Of a DNA stretch of 64,000 nucleotides, positions 40,029 to 49,643 are shown piece by piece. The position numbers were made by a program, and so were the translations under genes. Source of the DNA: a virus; the IMG/VR virus record IMGVR_UViG_3300024344_002032, positions 23,859 through 87,858 of that record. The stretch is one strand, 5' to 3'. The notes under the pieces are model-generated. The model was not told the origin of the DNA. It saw nothing but the letters and a program-made list of their open reading frames with translations, and made no database searches. Position 1 is the stretch's first letter. Each line of letters opens with the position of its first letter.

Positions 40029-40543
40029 CTATCTCTCGCACTCAATATTGGTTTAACTCCAGTAGGCCAATCAATACCCAATCTAACATCATTCCATTTC
40101 AATGTCTCTTGTCCATCAATATCAACATAATCTTCTGGATAAGATTGTGTATAATGAAACAAACATTCATCACTTAGACAGAGATGTCCATTAGCAAAAC
40201 CTGGTGGTACTAAAACACTCAAATGATTTCTATCTGTAATTGTAAAGCTATCCCATTTTAAATAATTGACTGAATCGGGACGATTGTCCACTACGACTAA
40301 ATATATTTCTCCCCACACACAACTGATATATTTCCAAGTAACACCATCTGTGTGTAATCCACGTAATACATCTTTTCTAGAACGGGTAAATTTAGATATT
40401 TTCCATATATTATTTTTTGGTAAAAGATTACGACCTTTTTCCCAAAACGTCCACATTTCACCACGATAATCGTGAAATGGTTTTGGTTGAAGTAATTTCA
40501 CCTCAGGAAGTATTTCTGATCCTGTAACTTTAGTTTTAAACAT
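40025..40543 (-). CDS. rfbC: dTDP-4-dehydrorhamnose 3,5-epimerase family
   Basis: DYRG, VLRGLH, VVDNR, VPPGFANG, WND...WP...LSARD; start revised to ATG 40543 (GGAGG SD). Confidence 0.9.
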   Translation of the reverse strand: MFKTKVTGSEILPEVKLLQPKPFHDYRGEMWTFWEKGRNLLPKNNIWKISKFTRSRKDVLRGLHTDGVTWKYISCVWGEIYLVVVDNRPDSVNYLKWDSFTITDRNHLSVLVPPGFANGHLCLSDECLFHYTQSYPEDYVDIDGQETLKWNDVRLGIDWPTGVKPILSARDR

Positions 40544-40568
40544 AAAAAAAGCCTCCAATTCAGGAGGC
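40544..40568 (-). terminator. Intrinsic terminator and SD-sequestering hairpin
   Basis: GCCTCC-TGAATT-GGAGGC-TTTTTTT directly before the ATG. Confidence 0.75.
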
Positions 40569-40662
40569 ATCAACTAATTTGATGCCACTCTTGTTTTATA
40601 GTCATTTGTGTAGAGAGTTTGGACTTTCAAGTTTTCACTTGGGTTAGCTCTACCCGACTCAT
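40544..40662 (-). promoter_or_regulatory. Riboswitch/attenuator-like 5' leader
   Basis: Nested stems with a GAAA-tetraloop hairpin, then an 8-bp hairpin overlapping a GCCTCC/GGAGGC+U7 terminator that also hides the SD. Confidence 0.7.
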
Positions 40663-40663
40663 A

Positions 40664-40671
40664 TATAAATA
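40664..40671 (-). promoter_or_regulatory. Putative late promoter TATTTATA
   Basis: Context GATATTTATATATGAG. Confidence 0.65.
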
Positions 40672-40674
40672 TCA

Positions 40675-41973
40675 TTATTGCGTTAAAAAATACAGTTTAT
40701 TATACAAATCTGTAAATGGATTAGGATTATATTCTAAAATTCGTCTCCAATTATGTAATAGTACTTCATCCATACTATAATACCATTTATGTATCTCTTG
40801 TTTACTCATATTACACAATCTTTTAATTTCATCTACTATCATCAACATTCTTTTTTCACAATCTTTTTCTTTATCATATGATTCATCAATCCAGGGAGAA
40901 AAAGATTTAAATCCTAATCTTCTTAAACTATCCAATGAGTTTGGTGGACCTATCCAAATAAACGGATGAAACTGCCCAAGTGGTTTCCAAAACTTTTCAT
41001 CAGGATGAAACCAGGGTGTATCAAAACTTGTAGAAGTAACTAAAGAAAAATATGCATCATTATAAGTTTTAGGATAAATTCCTTTCCAAGAAGATATATA
41101 ACCATCAACCAAAATATCACTTGGAATATCTATTATCATTGGTGATTTTTCTTTTACCTTTTCCCAATATGGTTTAATTTCTTCTTTTAATTTATCTGAA
41201 TATATTGGTGTTTTCCAATTTCTCGAAGATGGTTTCCAGTCATCTCCATCTTCTGTATTTATTCTATCTATCGATCCTAAACTAACTAAACCTTTATCTA
41301 ATAAATTTTCTTTTAATAAAAAAGATATCAATACCGTTCTATGTAATTTTGGTGATCTATTATAACATAAAAAATAGTTATTTCTTATTTTTTCATAATC
41401 AAGATTTTCTAATTTATTAATTCTACAATCAGATGTTGCGTGTTTATAATCTTGTCGATAAACTGTAGATACGTGGTTGTAATAATAATCTATACTAAAA
41501 ATATTATCTGTTTGTTTTATATTTGGATTATTAGTTAAAAACATAAAATTGTTTTCGGAAATAGAATTATCATTACAAAATTTATTAACATCTTTATAAA
41601 AGTCTTTATGATTATCTCCCTCATGAATATAAGATATACACAATATAGCATTACCATTTTGAATATCTTTAAATACATCTTTATTAATAAGTTCTAGTAA
41701 AGATTCGAATAAATCAGTATGTACACTTTGTGGTTCTACCACATAAATGTATTTTTTACTTCTATCATTAGTTAATACTATTTTAAATTCACTTTGATAG
41801 TTTTTATAATTTTGTTCACCAACTGCTTTTGTTATTAAAAAACCAAAATGACTAAATGTAAATCCTTTATTATTCGGTGTACAATTTGGAATTAAATTTA
41901 ATTCTTCAGCTGATTGATTTTTCCAAACTATATCTTTAGATAAACAATCGTAATATAACCTTATTTCTTTCAC
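40675..41973 (-). CDS. Putative glycosyltransferase, paralog family A
   Basis: FLCYNR...HR, DEKFWKP...HPF...GFKSF...DESYD. Confidence 0.5.
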   Translation of the reverse strand: MKEIRLYYDCLSKDIVWKNQSAEELNLIPNCTPNNKGFTFSHFGFLITKAVGEQNYKNYQSEFKIVLTNDRSKKYIYVVEPQSVHTDLFESLLELINKDVFKDIQNGNAILCISYIHEGDNHKDFYKDVNKFCNDNSISENNFMFLTNNPNIKQTDNIFSIDYYYNHVSTVYRQDYKHATSDCRINKLENLDYEKIRNNYFLCYNRSPKLHRTVLISFLLKENLLDKGLVSLGSIDRINTEDGDDWKPSSRNWKTPIYSDKLKEEIKPYWEKVKEKSPMIIDIPSDILVDGYISSWKGIYPKTYNDAYFSLVTSTSFDTPWFHPDEKFWKPLGQFHPFIWIGPPNSLDSLRRLGFKSFSPWIDESYDKEKDCEKRMLMIVDEIKRLCNMSKQEIHKWYYSMDEVLLHNWRRILEYNPNPFTDLYNKLYFLTQ

Positions 41974-43523
41974 TTAACTACTTTTTCATAAACTTTTAAA
42001 AATTGTAAACCACTTTTTTGTAAATGCGTATTTGTCATAAAATGATTATAATTATGAATCAATGTATCTGATTGTTCTCCATACCAATCTAATAATTCAT
42101 TAATTGACATATCACATAACCTTTGCATTTCTTTTAATAAAAGAGTAGTTCTTTTTTCAGGAATATATTCTGTATCATAATACTCATCTATAAAAGGTTC
42201 AAAAGTTTTATAACCATTTTTTCTAAGATATTTCATTGTATCTGGATTTGTCCATGTTAGAAAAGGATGAAAATTAAGTATACACTTATAAATTTTCTCT
42301 GAATAAAATACCATATTTGTAGAATAATGCCAAGTTTCATATACATAAGAAAACATTGTATTCTTATATATTTCACTATCCCAATGATGGAATGAATCAA
42401 GAGTATCAAAATGTTTTTTATCAACTGTTAAAGGAAGTTTAAGTAAAAAATCTTTTACATTTTTTGCAGAACGTACTTTATAAAGAAATTTACTTCTACC
42501 TAAATCTGTTAATTCTGGTTTAAGTCTTGTTTGATACTCATCTACTATATCTGCTAATCGTGGGAAATCTTTTAATGTTTTATTAAATTCATAATCATCC
42601 AAACTAGCACAATCACTAAAAGTTACCTCACCCTCATTAGCCATTTCAATTTTACTTCTATCTAAATCTTTAAAGACAGAACGGATATCCCATTTAGCAA
42701 GAATAGCTGACACAGAACCTTTTTCTAATAAATTAAAATAATTAAGTGCCATATGATGAAATACTCTTGGCATCTTCCATCTTCTCATCAAACAAAGATA
42801 GTGTTTTAACTTATCTATATTTTTAAATTTATAATTAAAGTTATCTTCAAATGTATCTTCTAAATGTGAATAATCTGATGATATTGCTCTTTCACACCAA
42901 TCTAATAATATCCAATTAACTGGAGTCTTATTATTTTCTTCACACCATTTTTTATAATTTTCAGGATCTTTATGATTAGCACTTAATATAACAATTTTAT
43001 CGACAGGAAAATTTTCTTCTTCAGCACGTTTATGAATAGTTTCTGCAATATGTGGATTGTCTCCCATATCAATTCTACTTAACCAATCACTACCATCCAT
43101 TGGAAATCCCTCAAATGACATATCAATAGTTACTAATACCTTACCATCTCTAATATGTTGTTTTGTATGTTCTTTAATATTATGAAACAAAGTACCTCTT
43201 TCATTTTCACCACCACACCAAAGTCTTGGCCCTCCGTTTGTAGCTATCAAATATACAAATGATTCACCATCTTTTATAAAATCTGTAGTATCCTTATGGG
43301 TTAAATCATATCTAATAGATAAATGTCTACTTAATATATTAACAATATTGTGCCAAGCGTTTGTTGGCTGATAGTTTGAATCAAATAGTGGAAGTGTGTC
43401 TGAATCATTTGGGTATGTTCCATCAGGAGAAAAACCACTAAAGTCTTTCTGTATAACTTTTTTTATTTCTGGTTCTTGAGAATAATTGTAATAATCCCAA
43501 CCGAATTTAATAGTCTTGTTCAT
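41970..43523 (-). CDS. Putative glycosyltransferase, paralog family A
   Basis: ET...SEKIYK...HPF...GYKTF...DEYYD; N-terminus clearly similar to 43520-45169. Confidence 0.5.
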   Translation of the reverse strand: MNKTIKFGWDYYNYSQEPEIKKVIQKDFSGFSPDGTYPNDSDTLPLFDSNYQPTNAWHNIVNILSRHLSIRYDLTHKDTTDFIKDGESFVYLIATNGGPRLWCGGENERGTLFHNIKEHTKQHIRDGKVLVTIDMSFEGFPMDGSDWLSRIDMGDNPHIAETIHKRAEEENFPVDKIVILSANHKDPENYKKWCEENNKTPVNWILLDWCERAISSDYSHLEDTFEDNFNYKFKNIDKLKHYLCLMRRWKMPRVFHHMALNYFNLLEKGSVSAILAKWDIRSVFKDLDRSKIEMANEGEVTFSDCASLDDYEFNKTLKDFPRLADIVDEYQTRLKPELTDLGRSKFLYKVRSAKNVKDFLLKLPLTVDKKHFDTLDSFHHWDSEIYKNTMFSYVYETWHYSTNMVFYSEKIYKCILNFHPFLTWTNPDTMKYLRKNGYKTFEPFIDEYYDTEYIPEKRTTLLLKEMQRLCDMSINELLDWYGEQSDTLIHNYNHFMTNTHLQKSGLQFLKVYEKVVK

Positions 43524-45169
43524 AATACTTTATATAACTCCATAATTTTATTTATTGTTTCTTTGGCTGGGTTTAATTTAACAAAATGTTTAAAGTTGTG
43601 AACAAGAACATCTGCTTGTTTAACATACCAATCCAATAATTGTGTTTTACTCATCTCACATAATCTATTAACTTCTGATAACAACATCTTTGACCTTTTA
43701 TCAAAATCTTTTTCATCATCATAACTTTCATCAATATATGGTGAAAATGTTTTATAACCTAAATTTTTTAACTGTTTAAGTGAACCATAATTTGAAACTA
43801 AAAGAAATGGATGAAAACACATTATATCTTTCCAAATTTTTTCTGTTAGATATATCGTATCGTTACTTGTAGCAAATGTATTATAAGTATATGAAAAGAA
43901 AGTGTTATTGTAAAAACTTTCATCCCAAGCTGTAAATCCATTCACATCATCAAAAGATTTTTTATCAATATACAATGGTAATTTGTTTAGTAAATCTTTA
44001 ATATTATCATGATGTTTAATTTCGTCATTATTAAATAATTCACATTGTAAATTAATAGTTAAAGAAAACTTATCAATTATATCTTTATCAGAAATAATTT
44101 TATTAAGTTCGTAATCTGTATTATCTTTTAATTTATCTTTTAATTTTTCTGATATATATGGTGAATTAAATAATCTTTCTTTTGATAAAATAAATGAAGT
44201 TAAACCTTTTTCGTGCAATCCATGATAGTTTAATCCTAATGAATGAAATAGTCTCCAATCCTTAACTAATTTACAAAGACATAAAAAACTTTTCATATCA
44301 GATAAATTATCTTTTTTATAATTAAAAGCCTCTTCAAATTTATTTTCAGCCCACTTATCTAAAGAATCAACACCTATATTAATTTCTGGATTAACATCAT
44401 CAGTTGAAACTCCAAAACCATTCCAAACATCTATTGTACTTAAATGATATTTGTTAAGATTAGGTATAGGATTTGGTTCACGATTTTTCATAATAACTTC
44501 TGTCCAATTAAGAACCATTTGATTCATAGATTTATATTTGTCTTCTATCTTATAATTGGATGTTAAATAAACTATATTATCTAATGGAAAATTTTCTTTA
44601 GTTGCTAAATTATAAATTTCTTCTCCTATGTGTTCATAGTAACCTGCTTCCGATATTGACATATCATCTATAGATTGCATTGGAAATCCCTCATCTGACA
44701 TATCCACTACTAATAAAACTTTACCTTTTCTGATATATTCTTTAGTATGTTGTTTTATGTTAATAAATAATTTACCTCTGTCTTCTTTCCAATTATGAGG
44801 TCCAGATTTAGTTCCGATGATATAAATAAAAGGTATATCTTTTTTAATAAGATGTGTTGTATCGAAATTATATACCTTAAAGTTTTGATTATAAAAATAT
44901 CTCATTACACTATATAAATTATGCCAATCATTAGTTGTTTCATAATCATCAAACAATGGTAATGTATCAGCATCGTTTGACCAAATATTAGTTGGTCTAA
45001 TATGAGAAAATTTTTCTTCCATAATCTTTTGTATATTTGATTGTTGAGACCAATTATAATAATCCCAACCAAAATAAACATCATCTAAAAGACTTTGATC
45101 GACATATAAAGGATATGGTGATATACCATTGTTTGCTAAAGTTATATCATCAATCATAAACAAATTCAT
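43520..45169 (-). CDS. Putative glycosyltransferase, paralog family A
   Basis: LTEKIWK...HPF...GYKTF...DESYD. Confidence 0.5.
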   Translation of the reverse strand: MNLFMIDDITLANNGISPYPLYVDQSLLDDVYFGWDYYNWSQQSNIQKIMEEKFSHIRPTNIWSNDADTLPLFDDYETTNDWHNLYSVMRYFYNQNFKVYNFDTTHLIKKDIPFIYIIGTKSGPHNWKEDRGKLFINIKQHTKEYIRKGKVLLVVDMSDEGFPMQSIDDMSISEAGYYEHIGEEIYNLATKENFPLDNIVYLTSNYKIEDKYKSMNQMVLNWTEVIMKNREPNPIPNLNKYHLSTIDVWNGFGVSTDDVNPEINIGVDSLDKWAENKFEEAFNYKKDNLSDMKSFLCLCKLVKDWRLFHSLGLNYHGLHEKGLTSFILSKERLFNSPYISEKLKDKLKDNTDYELNKIISDKDIIDKFSLTINLQCELFNNDEIKHHDNIKDLLNKLPLYIDKKSFDDVNGFTAWDESFYNNTFFSYTYNTFATSNDTIYLTEKIWKDIMCFHPFLLVSNYGSLKQLKNLGYKTFSPYIDESYDDEKDFDKRSKMLLSEVNRLCEMSKTQLLDWYVKQADVLVHNFKHFVKLNPAKETINKIMELYKVL

Positions 45170-46403
45170 CCAAGTCAGGAATATAATTAATTATGTGTTG
45201 TTTTCTGTGCATATCAAGTTTTTTTGTATAAATTTTAAATTTGTATATTGCTTCTTCATCATCTAAAGTTTCTTGAAGTGTCGATAAATTACTTTTTAAA
45301 ATTCCTAACCATTGTTCTTCACCTGCACTCCACTCTACATCTTTTTTACTCTCAATAAAATTATCTATTCTCCCTATAGCAAGATTTTTTAATTTAGTTG
45401 GTAATATTCTACAATCATACCAATTAGGATATGTTACCCAATTACTAAAAGGAATTCTCCAAAAACCCAAATCACCTAATGAGTATACCCACTCTAATAA
45501 CTTATCATAATTCAAAACATTCAATGCTTGAAATGTAGAATGAACTTGTAAATCCATACTAAGTCCCTTTTTCCAATCAGATACCTGTTTTATATTTTTT
45601 TCTATCTTATCCCATCTAGATGGATATCTAATATAATCATCAACTTCTTTGTAACCATCAATACTCACTCCAAGATAAATATGTCTAAATTCTTTCCATA
45701 TATAAAACAACTCATCTTTTAATACAGTAAGATTTGTTGTATAAAATAAAACCATATTTTTTGCAATACCATGCTTAATACATTGGTTAAGAAAATCTGT
45801 ATGTTCTTTTATGATTAAAGGTTCTCCACCAAGAAAATTAACTTGCTTTAAATGCTTAAAATTATTTTCAAAGAAATCATCACTTAAAAATCTATCATCT
45901 ACTGATATGTTTGTTGTCGGTAATTCAAAATTATCCTTATATAATAATTTAGATTCTTTTTCCCATAAGTTAGAATTATCTACATTACACATTCTACATA
46001 TCAAATTACATTTATTACCTACAGTAAAATCTAAAAAAGTAACATATGGATCGTCAATCCGACCCTTATCATTCATAGACTCTAACATAATCTCTTTATA
46101 GAAACCACTTGCTAAAGTATTATTCCAAATAGTTCTATAACTTTCAGCACCATTATCCTCTGTTTGCCAACATCTAAAACAACCAGGGTCTTTTTTGTTT
46201 TCTAATATGTTTTTTCTTATTCTTGTATGTACATCACTATTAAATGCTTTTTCCATAGTAAAGTGTGGATTTGTAATTGATATTGGATTACCATCTTTGT
46301 CTTCTGGTATTTCATAATTATTACAACAAACTCTAACCTGTCCTTTTTGATCAAAGCTTAATGAAGTAAATAAATGTGAACAAAAATATTTTAAATCTTC
46401 CAT
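45150..46403 (-). CDS. Radical SAM protein with N-terminal twitch-like domain
   Basis: FC...CC...CFRC precedes CNLICRMC, GGEP, TTN and SIDG. Confidence 0.88.
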   Translation of the reverse strand: MEDLKYFCSHLFTSLSFDQKGQVRVCCNNYEIPEDKDGNPISITNPHFTMEKAFNSDVHTRIRKNILENKKDPGCFRCWQTEDNGAESYRTIWNNTLASGFYKEIMLESMNDKGRIDDPYVTFLDFTVGNKCNLICRMCNVDNSNLWEKESKLLYKDNFELPTTNISVDDRFLSDDFFENNFKHLKQVNFLGGEPLIIKEHTDFLNQCIKHGIAKNMVLFYTTNLTVLKDELFYIWKEFRHIYLGVSIDGYKEVDDYIRYPSRWDKIEKNIKQVSDWKKGLSMDLQVHSTFQALNVLNYDKLLEWVYSLGDLGFWRIPFSNWVTYPNWYDCRILPTKLKNLAIGRIDNFIESKKDVEWSAGEEQWLGILKSNLSTLQETLDDEEAIYKFKIYTKKLDMHRKQHIINYIPDLDEFVYD

Positions 46404-48634
46404 TAGTGTTTTCCTGTCATAAAAGTTCTTTTTAAATTAATTTTATATTTTTCAATATCTAAAGCATCAAGATAATTTGGTACACCATATTTCTTTTGTA
46501 AATATTCTTCATCCTCATATCTATCATTTAAATTTCCAATATCATGAAATCTATCATGAAAACTAATATCATATAAACTAATAAGAGTTTGTTCTTCTTT
46601 AGTTTGTGATAAATGAATGTGACCAGGATGAACTGGATTTTTATCCTCTTTAAATTTTCTAATAATCTGTTGTCTTCTATCTGTCCATGCTTGTTTATGT
46701 GAATATTTATATTTAATAGGTAATTGTATATGTACTGTTTTCTTTGCTCTCTCATCTATCGTTAATTTATTATCTATAGATAATCTATAAGTACCATCAA
46801 AATTTGATTCCCATTTAAACTTAGTAACCATTCTAGCACCATCTATATTTCTTTCACTATAATCTTCATCAAACTCAACCTCTATTTCATAAGGACCATT
46901 TAACTGATGCATTAACCAACACCAAACTCTTATTTCATTTCTTGTTTCTATTTTTATAGTATCTTCTATACTGACTGAAGGATCGTATTCTCCTGTTTCT
47001 GGTATATTAGCAAACTCCAAATAAGGAACATTATAATCTATATCTTTTATAGCAAATTGATGTGGAAATTGTCTTCTATTATGTGTTTGTTGCCAAAATG
47101 TTCCATTATGTTTTGGAGTCCATTCTTTAAATTCTTTTTGATTAAATATAGAATCCTTATCTTTAAACTTCAAATATTTTATATCATCACTTACAGTCCA
47201 AAACCCTGAATAATATATCTTATATATGTTCAAAAACATATGACATAACTTTAATCTTAAAAATCTATTAATATATGTATTTTTTAAATCCCAACTAATC
47301 CAATCATAAAATATATTTCCCAAATCAGTAATATTAAATACATCTCTATATTGATCAAGTGCCGTACCTGGAGTTACTCCTGCAGGAAATTGATTTGCTG
47401 CTACTACAGGAATATAATGTTTGTTCTTATATAAGAAATATAAACTGATTATCCAATCAACGTGATTTTCTTTTGGGTATCCTGATATCCAATTAGCATC
47501 CATACGAATACCATTTCTCCAACATGCTTCCCAAAGTTGTTCTACTCCCTCAACTGTCTGTCTCTTTTCTATAACCTCAAGTATCTTAGGTGTTCCACTC
47601 TCCACTCCAATAGACAACCACTTAAATCCTGCTTTAGAAGCTACTTTCATTAAATCATTATTCATCTCTTTATGTGTTCTTGCATAACCACCAAAACTTA
47701 AATCTTTTAGTCTTGGGTCTTTCTCTACTTCTTTAGCCATCTCATTTACAAATACTTTGAATTGTGGCATAGAACCATTGACAAGAGAATCTACAAATGA
47801 GAAGTGTGTAACTCCATACTTGTTAACTTGTTCAAGAACTTCTTCTTTAATATCAAGACCTTTTCTAAATCTAAAAATTCTTGTCTCTGAACAAAATGTA
47901 CATTTATAAGTACAACCACGTGAACCTTGTAATGGTAAATGTGTATGTCCCTCATAATGAAATTGTGCATATGCTGGCAAGTCTACACCATCCCAATTAG
48001 CATTTGGTATAACAGTTAAATCTTTTTGTGGTTCTCTCATACCTGTAGATATTGGTTCTCCGTAATCATCCCATGTCCATATACCACTTACTTCTTTATA
48101 ATCTGTTTTATTTTCATAACAATCTACCAAATCATTTATAATTAACTCACCCTCAGTATCACAAGAAACTTTAATCCAATATCTATCTGGTTCTCCCTCA
48201 GGTGTAGATTGTCTCAAACCACCTTTAGGTGCATTCCAACAATAAGCACCACCATAAAAAATATGTATTTTTGGATTTTTATTATACAATCGTTTAGCAA
48301 TATAATCTGTTACTACAATGTTTGAGAAGTAAGTTGTAAATGTAACAATATCAAACTGTGCCATTTCTTCTATCAACGTATCCCAATACTCTTTATAAGC
48401 AGGAAGAATTCTATCTTCAAAAGAATGATCATTAGTCCAAAAGAAATGACCAGTTGGTGCCCACAATTCTTCTTGTGAATCTTGGTCTACGTGTATAGCA
48501 GATAGTAAGTTAACATGAAATTGTTTTACTTTTCTACCTTTGGTTTTTAAAGCACCAGCTAATAAACCAAGACTTAGTGGTGGTGTTTCTAAAGACCAAG
48601 CGGGACACATTACTACTGCTACTTTAGCTTTCAT
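46403..48634 (-). CDS. Large B12-binding radical SAM protein
   Basis: PPLSLGLL, EGE, SRGCTYKCTFC, GVESG, GYPKE. Confidence 0.88.
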   Translation of the reverse strand: MKAKVAVVMCPAWSLETPPLSLGLLAGALKTKGRKVKQFHVNLLSAIHVDQDSQEELWAPTGHFFWTNDHSFEDRILPAYKEYWDTLIEEMAQFDIVTFTTYFSNIVVTDYIAKRLYNKNPKIHIFYGGAYCWNAPKGGLRQSTPEGEPDRYWIKVSCDTEGELIINDLVDCYENKTDYKEVSGIWTWDDYGEPISTGMREPQKDLTVIPNANWDGVDLPAYAQFHYEGHTHLPLQGSRGCTYKCTFCSETRIFRFRKGLDIKEEVLEQVNKYGVTHFSFVDSLVNGSMPQFKVFVNEMAKEVEKDPRLKDLSFGGYARTHKEMNNDLMKVASKAGFKWLSIGVESGTPKILEVIEKRQTVEGVEQLWEACWRNGIRMDANWISGYPKENHVDWIISLYFLYKNKHYIPVVAANQFPAGVTPGTALDQYRDVFNITDLGNIFYDWISWDLKNTYINRFLRLKLCHMFLNIYKIYYSGFWTVSDDIKYLKFKDKDSIFNQKEFKEWTPKHNGTFWQQTHNRRQFPHQFAIKDIDYNVPYLEFANIPETGEYDPSVSIEDTIKIETRNEIRVWCWLMHQLNGPYEIEVEFDEDYSERNIDGARMVTKFKWESNFDGTYRLSIDNKLTIDERAKKTVHIQLPIKYKYSHKQAWTDRRQQIIRKFKEDKNPVHPGHIHLSQTKEEQTLISLYDISFHDRFHDIGNLNDRYEDEEYLQKKYGVPNYLDALDIEKYKINLKRTFMTGKH

Positions 48635-49643
48635 TTATCTCTTCTTTTTTTATTATTCTAAACTCTTCATTTTTTCTTGTTTTAGGTATTATAACATCCG
48701 TTCCACAAGTACAATGATTTTTAGGACATATAACAGGACTTCCTATATGATTTAAATCTTCTACTTTCCAAGTATTAATATTACTAAATATATCACTAAC
48801 ACCACAACTACCAGCGCTAACATCACCTCTTGGACTTATAAAAATTGCATCATTTAAATAACAAGTCCATCCTTGAAAATTAGTTAATTTTTCTGCTGAT
48901 AATCTATTAGAATTTACAGGTCTGACTTTACCATCGTTCCAAACCTCTAAACTATAAGCAGGTTTGAACTTTCTTCTTTCATTTACCTTTCCCCATTTCC
49001 TCATATAACCATCTGTCTCCTTAAAAAAGTCATTTTTCCAATCTTCATCATAATCCCACATCTCTGCACTTGTAGATAAATCTTTTAATAATGGGACCCA
49101 TTCTACAACACAATTATCCATTTCGTCATAAATCTTTTTACCAATATCAATACATTCTTGAAATCTACTCTCTTCCATCATAATTCTCAATGCTAAATAA
49201 TTCATTTTATCTTGTAAAAATTTAGCATTCTTAATATATTTATCATACTTAATATATTCAATATGATAACTTGCTACAACATCTTGAAAGTAATAATAAT
49301 TATCTAACCACCAATTTAAAGGGTTACTTAAATTTGTATTAATAGCTAAAAGTGGTGTATTACATTTTTCGTGTAAAAATTTTGCTATTGGTATAAGTGG
49401 TTTCCAATAAGTTGGTTCACCTCCTGAAAAAAAGAACTTAAATGATTCATAACCAAGTGATTGATATTTTGATATCATAATATCTAAAAATTCTATATAC
49501 TTGTCTGTATCTTTATTTAAATTATTGCCACCCCAATTACCCTCATTACAATAAGAGCATCTAAAGTTACACCAATCATTAACTTGCCAAGTAACATTCA
49601 TATACTTGTTTTCACCTGGTAATATTTTTAATAACTCAGTCAT
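48624..49643 (-). CDS. Radical SAM protein with C-terminal Cys cluster
   Basis: CNFRCSYC, SGGEPT; C-terminal C...C...C-x4-CxC. Confidence 0.88.
   Translation of the reverse strand: MTELLKILPGENKYMNVTWQVNDWCNFRCSYCNEGNWGGNNLNKDTDKYIEFLDIMISKYQSLGYESFKFFFSGGEPTYWKPLIPIAKFLHEKCNTPLLAINTNLSNPLNWWLDNYYYFQDVVASYHIEYIKYDKYIKNAKFLQDKMNYLALRIMMEESRFQECIDIGKKIYDEMDNCVVEWVPLLKDLSTSAEMWDYDEDWKNDFFKETDGYMRKWGKVNERRKFKPAYSLEVWNDGKVRPVNSNRLSAEKLTNFQGWTCYLNDAIFISPRGDVSAGSCGVSDIFSNINTWKVEDLNHIGSPVICPKNHCTCGTDVIIPKTRKNEEFRIIKKEEINES

Noticed and set aside
40544-40662. Assignment of the leader to c-di-GMP-I, glycine, fluoride or preQ1 riboswitch, or a hammerhead ribozyme
   Set aside because: Only fragmentary resemblance (GAAA hairpin, AAACUCUC, UGAUG, AUAAAA); the required core elements are missing by eye.
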